A DNA stretch of 58,013 nucleotides, filler included, from Catajapyx aquilonaris (lineage: Eukaryota): assembly GCA_000934665.2 (NCBI GenBank). It is 4 parts of 4 records of this genome, joined end to end, with 100 filler letters (N's around TTAATTAATTAA, not from the genome) between each part and the next. Parts side by side here need not be neighbours in the genome. Positions count along the whole stretch, not along the records: positions 43,600 to 58,013 come from JYFJ02007783.1; 3 more parts are not named here. One strand, written 5' to 3'. The notes below the pieces were generated by a model that made no database searches, had not been told where the DNA came from, and worked only from the letters and a program-made list of their open reading frames with translations. Both the position numbers and the translations under genes were made by a program. Position 1 is the first letter of the stretch; each line of letters opens with the position of its first letter. Positions 51,280-58,013 of this stretch are shown in pieces.

Positions 51280-52130
51280 GTGTCTCCTTTAGAAAGGGAT
51301 GGGCTTTACACGTGACGTCACTACTGAATATGAAAGGAGGAGAAGAAGAAAAAAAAAACATGGGGTGCTTCCGAATGGACACGTCGCTTCCTGTTGTGGT
51401 TTCCGGGTAAAATTCGCCAAACTTACCCGGATAATATGATGCGCGTGGGCATGCTGACAAGTATGTGCGCGATGACAGGATCGGCAGGTCGCAAATGACA
51501 CATATTGGACCTAAATATTGGGACCGCAATGTATTACATGTGCGAAATGGTGTACAAATGTGCACAAATTAATAGGTGCACTAATTAGATGCATGCGGTA
51601 CGTTTGTCATATACATTAATTAGAAAACTTCGGCATTTATTTGAGGGATACATCCGCACCATTTGGCAACACCCTCGGATTTTATACTCAACCAGGGTAT
51701 CACTCCGCATAGTGCACCTTATTCATTAATTTTGGGGGCACCAAACCTCTGGCATTGTATGTGAGGACAATATTCACGTATGATGTACGAATAGTGTGGC
51801 TGACAATTTTTACAAACAATGTCAGTCCAGTAGAAGGTGGGCATATGACAGGAACTACTTTCCGCAATTGAATAGGTGCAACGCAAAAGTTGATTGAGTC
51901 GGTCCAAAGTCCAAGATGGCCGTGGTTAGGTGCAGTCATTACTTATGGGTTCAGATACGGAGAGGAAGTTGGTGACCGTCGTTATACAGTGCCCTCATTT
52001 TTTAAGCCGACAAGAGGACGGTGCGTTGTGTGGTGTGGACAAGCCCTGTTCTTGTCCGTGTTGGTGGCCACAGGGCGTTTTAAAAATTCAAAAGTGGGAC
52101 ATGTGTTAGTCATTGGCATTTTTTGAAAAG
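51280..52130. promoter_or_regulatory. Probable bidirectional promoter with non-coding first exons
   Basis: CpG-richer segment; CACGTGACGTCAC at ~51310; minus-strand donor CGG|GTAAGT at ~51427; YY1-like CAAGATGGC at ~51912. Confidence 0.45.
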
Positions 52131-55100
52131 TGCAGACCAGAGAGGATCCTAATTGTAGTTAACTTGTGGGTTATGAGCGACAGTGAATAGTCACAGGCAT
52201 GGTCGCAGGTGTGCTCCATGTGAGGCATTTGTTCACTTATGGTGGCAGATGGCGGTGTTATAGCAGTTAATAGTGTTGAACGATTGTGTCAATACATTGC
52301 AGCGGGTTTTGTTAAGCAACATAGAGATGTCGATGTTGGTGTGTGACATGGTGTGTTTATATTGGGGCATGACATCGTAGTCTATTCAAACTTAGGTGTT
52401 ATTTTGTGTTCAAAGTATTGCAAGTTTTAGTTTCCGATGTTATTACATTGTTCGAGTAATTGTTATTGTCATGACAGGTTTACATTGGGTTCATGTGAAT
52501 TAAAAAGTGATTGTGTAATTGACTGAAGCTGTTGTAGGAACTTGGGTCATTGCAAGGGGGATATTTAAAATGTATTGCTTGATCTACTGAGGGTTAGTAA
52601 ATTGTCACATTTAACTGTCATTGTACTTGTGTTTTTACTGCTACATAGCTTTAACATTGTGGGCATAAGCAGAACATAGTCTTAAGATATACAGAATGAT
52701 GTACACACCAAGACACACACAAGTATATCGAAGTTTCACTGGGCTGACCAACTTGTTGTCATCTAGTTATCCAGTTACCATGCCTGTTATACTAGACTAC
52801 TAGAGTGACAGAACAGGATTATTCTTTTACCATTTTGGAAATGATTCGCTATCTGGAAGATAAATATCTGACGTAGTTAGATTAGGTGTGTAAAGCAGCT
52901 TATGATGCCCAAGTCAGCTGATACGCCAGACACTAGTATTAGTGTGAGTTGGAATAAATTCTTAGAATGATATAAGTATATAAGACTAGGGAATGTGCCT
53001 GTGTCACAGCAATACCATGAAAGTGGTTTTAAAATAATACGACGTATAAGGTGACACTGAGCACTATTGACTTCAGTCTCTTGTGACAGAGCCACTTAGA
53101 AATCAGGACTTGTTCCTGACAGCTTATGAAATGCCAAAATTGGGGACACTTGTGACTAAGCACTGGAACTGTAATCATAATTGCAGTTGGTAAGGTTGTC
53201 TTGAAATTAGCATAATAATCCTGTGGCCATTGTTTTCGTTTCACTGCCTCAAGTGCAAGGTTTGTGAAAGTGGTGGATTAGTAATGTGCTGTTCAATTCA
53301 GTGTTACATGCATGGACATCAACTATTGGAAAGTGTGAGGACAGAGTGAAGGACCATTATGGATGGTTCTTCTGGAATACAAGAAAGGTGAGTACAGGTA
53401 GTGCCCCATCTATGAACAGGGTTACGTTTAAGAAAATGTCCATAAGTCAGATTTGTACGTAACTTGGATCCCTGAGAAACGGCGCATATATACAGCACAT
53501 AAAGATGCTGCTCCAATGAACCGCTAATGTCATTTGTGTTTGTTTACATGCGCAGAAGAATATGGTTCCCCAATTGTTTATGTATTATACAGTATGTTGA
53601 ATTAGGTGTCAGTCAATGTACGCAGAAATGGTTGAAAGTGGAGGGATAATTATAAATTATCCTTCCAGGGAAATTTGGGAGCGCATTTGTAAGTACGGAT
53701 CGCTGTAAGGTGGATCTTCGCAAACTGGGGACTACCTGCATTACGTTAATGCAGGCTCATGATAAGCAGTGGAAAAATAATGTGTCAATAATTGATCTAT
53801 TACTAGTTGGGACTATTGGCATTTTAAAGCCAAATAATGGCACATAGTTTACCACTGTGCAGTATGTGTTAGCCTGTATATTGTTGTCATGGATCTATGA
53901 TTTTTTTAAAGCATGAAGGATAAACGGGAGACATGATGTGACAGGTTTTTCACATTCCGAGGTAATTTGATGACATAACTTATTGTAATCATTGTGTGCT
54001 ACTTACCACATTGGACTGAACTTTATATATTGATATATCAGTGATAAGCTGCAAGAGATTAAACCAAATGGGAGGAATAGGTCCAGTATGTTCCTGTGAA
54101 GGAAAGCAAACGCCATGCCATTTGCACAGGAAGAAAGTAGGCCAAGGCAGAGTTTGTCTAGCAAGGTGTAATGTACTTCCGGGCAATATTTTATTCTTCA
54201 TTCCAGGTGTGCCAAATAGGTCAACCATGTTACTTATAATTGTGGCTGTTCTTTGTATTGAAAAATGTCAAATATAATAGGTGGAGTGTTTGATACTCTC
54301 TGCATGAGTTGATTGAACCGACACTGAAGATGATACTTCCGCATGTGTGGATTACCGTTAGGCCTCAAGGAATGTAATAGTTGAAACATTGTGAAGCATG
54401 GCCAACAGGTCCGTATCAACCACTGGTCTGTGCAATGGAAGGCAAAAATGTTTACAGACAATATATCTGATCATGCCAAGGCATTGTTGCCAAATTTATT
54501 TATGAGTTGGTCCAATGCCAGACTGCAAATTACCTAGTGATGTCATTCCACAGGCACTGTCAGGTGGTAGATTTAGGTGCAATGACTAATATTATCTGCA
54601 TAGGCGGACTTCTTCGAAGGCAATTTTACTTGTATGGTAGATTAGATATGAACTGTAGTTGATAATTTGAATGGGCCTTAGTGCTTCTATTTCTGTTATA
54701 TAAGGTCAAAAACATGAGATGTGTGCCACAGGTTTCTTCTGCATTTCAGTGTGATACAAGCTCTGGTTATGCTTGAGCAAATGAAGAAATCAGTCTGATC
54801 ATTGCTTAATTATATAGAACATCTGAATTTGTACAGTTACAAATTTCAATGAGTAGGATTTGCAGCTAGGATAAAATGGGGCCATCACCACCCTAAATGT
54901 TGATCTAATGTGAGCAATAACAGGGAAGGTTTATCATCCATAGTTATTGTGCCTACCTCAGAAACCATCATTATCCAGTGTTCCCAATTGTTAGTAAAAG
55001 GTCACTGACAATGTTCATAACACATTGCTGGTTGAGAGTGAGGTAAGTTGAATGAGAACCTTCCCTTTTGTTCTTCACATGATTCACAACCTTAAGGGTA

Positions 55101-55331
55101 ATGGTGGCAGAGGGGCCAGGGGTGTCTGCTTCCTGCTTCAGGGCTCTCTGTGTCATCTGCATTCTGACTTTGTCAGTGCTACATGGTAGTAATTTGTGAA
55201 AGCGATGGAACCCAGTCGTGTTTTGTATGCGACTATTTCATTATGTAGACTTTATTATTTATTATACAATATCGAATACAATACCAAAGTTAATTGTTCA
55301 CTCACTTCCAAGAAAAATACACTTCAATATA

Positions 55332-55752
55332 CACTGTACTCCCGATTATCCGGGCTAATGGCTGCATGGATGTCACCGGATAATCGGAAAACCCGGATAA
55401 TCTGAAAATAGCCCTAGACACTGTAAAAATTGAACTATTCACAGGTTTTTGATGTACTACTATACAGAGAGTACGTATGTTGCTTGGTTGAATCAACATA
55501 ATAAAACTTACCGTAGATTTTTACTTTGGCTTCTAGAAAAAAATCTGTTATATTTCTTTGTTGGCGAGACATATTGACAGTCCTTGGGTTGAATTTTCGT
55601 CCCACTGCTAGTTACCGCTGTCTTAGCAGTACCAGTGTTGGCACTGTTAGCAGTATGTATCTAGCAGTTGGACGAAAACTCCACCCATTTTTAGGAACTT
55701 TAATTTAAAATGTTATTTTCTGGGTGATGCACGGATAATCGGGAGTACAGTG
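55332..55752. mobile_element. pogo/Tigger-like MITE
   Basis: TA|CACTGTACTCCCGATTATCCG ... CGGATAATCGGGAGTACAGTG|TA; internal CGGATAAT repeats. Confidence 0.88.
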
Positions 55753-57069
55753 TATTTTGATGTCCCAATGTAACGTTTGAAGTTGCAGTCTTTTTCGTGA
55801 AGTTTTTTTAAAATGCAAGAGACATGCCTGATTAAATTATTGGTTGGGTTGTGCAGTTGACATAAGGTTTTACATTTTCAATATGTATATGTGCTTCCTC
55901 CCCCCCCCCCCCTCCCCCAATCAGTTAATATCCAAATGACTGAGAGTCTTAAAATGATAAACGAAGTTCTTTCTGCCTTAAAGCACAGGAAAAATAACTT
56001 CTTTGTTATGAAAACAGAGGCAGACTGAGAAACAACAAAGAAAGCAAAAGCTGCCCTGAATTAAGATATGTAGGTTTATTACACCCATTTTTAGATATGC
56101 ATCAAGCAGACGTAAACTGCATTTATTTAAAGTACAGGGAAGATTGGGGTTAAAAACCTGAGTAAGGGAGTGTTATTGAATTCTTGGCCGGGTTATGTTG
56201 TTATGCAACTATTCCTCGGTAATGTGATGGCCAGTAGGTCTGTGACCCACTTTTCTTATCTTAGCCTTTACTGATATTTGCACATTTTTTGACCTAGTAT
56301 TTGTTTAGGAGAGAAACTGGTTGTTCAGTATTAAACATGAAGCTGCAAGTGAGTGGTTTTAAAACTATGAGTTATAATAATTTGTATTTAGCATGCATAC
56401 AGATTGGAAAGTGATATAGCCATATAGGCCTACTGAGTACTGATTTTCTTTAATACTGATGTGGTCACTCGGATCAGAAAAAAATGAAGTTACTGGGTTA
56501 AGCACTGCACTAATCTGAAATGTTTTCATTCAGACAGAATGTTTCCTGTGCAAATTTTTTCGCAGGTATAGAAATTCCAAGTGTGGAAAAACAACTGTCA
56601 GGTTGAGCTGACATATTTTAAAATTAGTTGGATAGTCAACGGCATTGCACTGCTTTCTAGGAGGGCCTTGGCTATCATTAACAGTTCCAACCCATTACCA
56701 ACAAGATCAGAGGTCATCCCTAGGAGTAATTCACTAAAGATGATGTTATTTATAAATGTTCATTATGAAATTCACACCTGCATTACATGCTTACATGCAT
56801 TATTATGCTTAGGACTATTTTAACATGACATTCGGTAACCGGGGACAGAATTTTACAGATATGTAATAAAATATTAGTACTGAGGATTATACTGTGTGTG
56901 TGATTGAGAGTTGTTAACGTCACTGGCTGTCACATGTACAATATCTTGTGCATCGGGAAAAAGGTAACATTTCCTCTCAGAATGACACAAAGGCTTCTCA
57001 ATGTAAAGTCACATGCAGAAATATTCGAGTTATTATTGCCATCTATTCTGAGTCTTGCTTGTACCTGGT

Positions 57070-57177
57070 GTCCAACAAGAATTGTCGCAAGCGGCAGCGC
57101 ACGAACTACATTCTCTCGTATACCTGTGCTCGTAGATTGTAGTTCGTGCGCTGCCGCTGCGACAATTCTTGTTGGAC
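57070..57177. repeat. Hairpin with ~40-bp arms
   Basis: GTCCAACAAGAATTGTCGCAAGCGGCAGCGCACGAACTACA ... TGTAGTTCGTGCGCTGCCGCTGCGACAATTCTTGTTGGAC. Confidence 0.88.
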
Positions 57178-57394
57178 TGATAGTACAATAATTGCATAAG
57201 TCGTGTAAAGATCGTTACATGTAATGCAATTAAACCGTCAACGAACCAGTGCTCCTATGTAGTATCTCAAAGACGTGTGCCGGTAGAGTACCTGTTGATA
57301 TGTTGAGCTCCAATTTTCCCATAGTATGCAGTTTTATCAAAATTTTATCACAGTGCTGGACTGCTGGGTGAACACGAACTCCTGATAGAGGTCA

Positions 57395-57840
57395 AGGCCG
57401 TTGCATTAAAATCAACAAAAACACAAAAATAACCGCCATGTAGCCGGATTGACTGGGGAGCCCCTGGGTTGCCCCTGGACAATAGCGGGAGTGGGATTAG
57501 GGACCGCCTGTCCCCTGGGGTTATCGCGAGACATCCTTTTGCTTCCACTGCGTTAGGACAAAAGCTGAAATAATGATGATCAAGGGACATGTGGACATGT
57601 TGGAGGCAGCGAAGGGGCTGTTTTTCGTGGGCAAATAGGTTCTGGCGGGAAGGATATGGGACCGGGGTCCGGGGGTAGGGGCAGGGGCAGCGGGGGGAGA
57701 ACCTGTGCCTTTTAATTTTCTGTAATGACCATGACGGGACGGCCGCGGGAGGCGGGCCAACATGGGGGGCGGCCACGGAAACATTTGCTTTAATAATAAT
57801 AAGATAATAAAAACCTGCGAAAGCACGGGTTACTACTAGT
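57395..57840 (-). mobile_element. Possible Helitron/HINE-like non-autonomous element
   Basis: Minus strand begins ACTAGTAGTAACCCGTGCTTTCGC; GC-rich body. Far boundary uncertain. Confidence 0.4.
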
Positions 57841-58013
57841 CGTTCTTAAACTTGAGTGAGTCATTGATTATTATTATTATTATTTTTAAACAATACAACT
57901 CGATGAATGCTTCTATTTACAAACGTCTGGCCAGAGGAACATGGCTCTTCTATCCGGCCAATCACAGACAGGCGCTCCCCCGCGCCACAGGAGAAGTGTG
58001 GCATGCCCTTGTA

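Noticed and set aside
51280..51430. This promoter as the 5' end of the HRI-like kinase
   Set aside because: It lies on a different, probably unlinked contig, with no kinase exons in between.

Overview
Eukaryotic (arthropod, probably insect) genomic DNA with short GT-AG introns. It consists of four pieces of about 14.4 kb (14421, 14421, 14457 and 14414 bp) joined by artificial 100-nt N/TTAATTAATTAA/N spacers, so adjacency across spacers is probably meaningless. Piece 1: a head-to-head pair of paralogous 4-exon coiled-coil genes (CCDC166/CCDC121, DUF4515-like), a decayed LINE, an ankyrin-repeat gene with a 2-nt frameshift upstream of an AT-hook tail, and an LTR. Piece 2: terminal exons of two convergent genes (an acidic protein and a C2H2 zinc-finger protein) among MITEs and SINEs. 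Piece 3: a compact housekeeping cluster of PDE12, THG1L, V-ATPase subunit d, AHCY and the 3' part of an HRI-like eIF2-alpha kinase with a pseudogenised tandem duplicate. Piece 4: mostly non-coding, with many MITEs/SINEs and a probable bidirectional promoter. I see no clearly new gene system. The most interesting unexplained signal is a modular SINE set whose tRNA heads and 3' tails are shuffled between families, with four tails sharing a CCCC-(variable inner stem)-GGGGTA hairpin.
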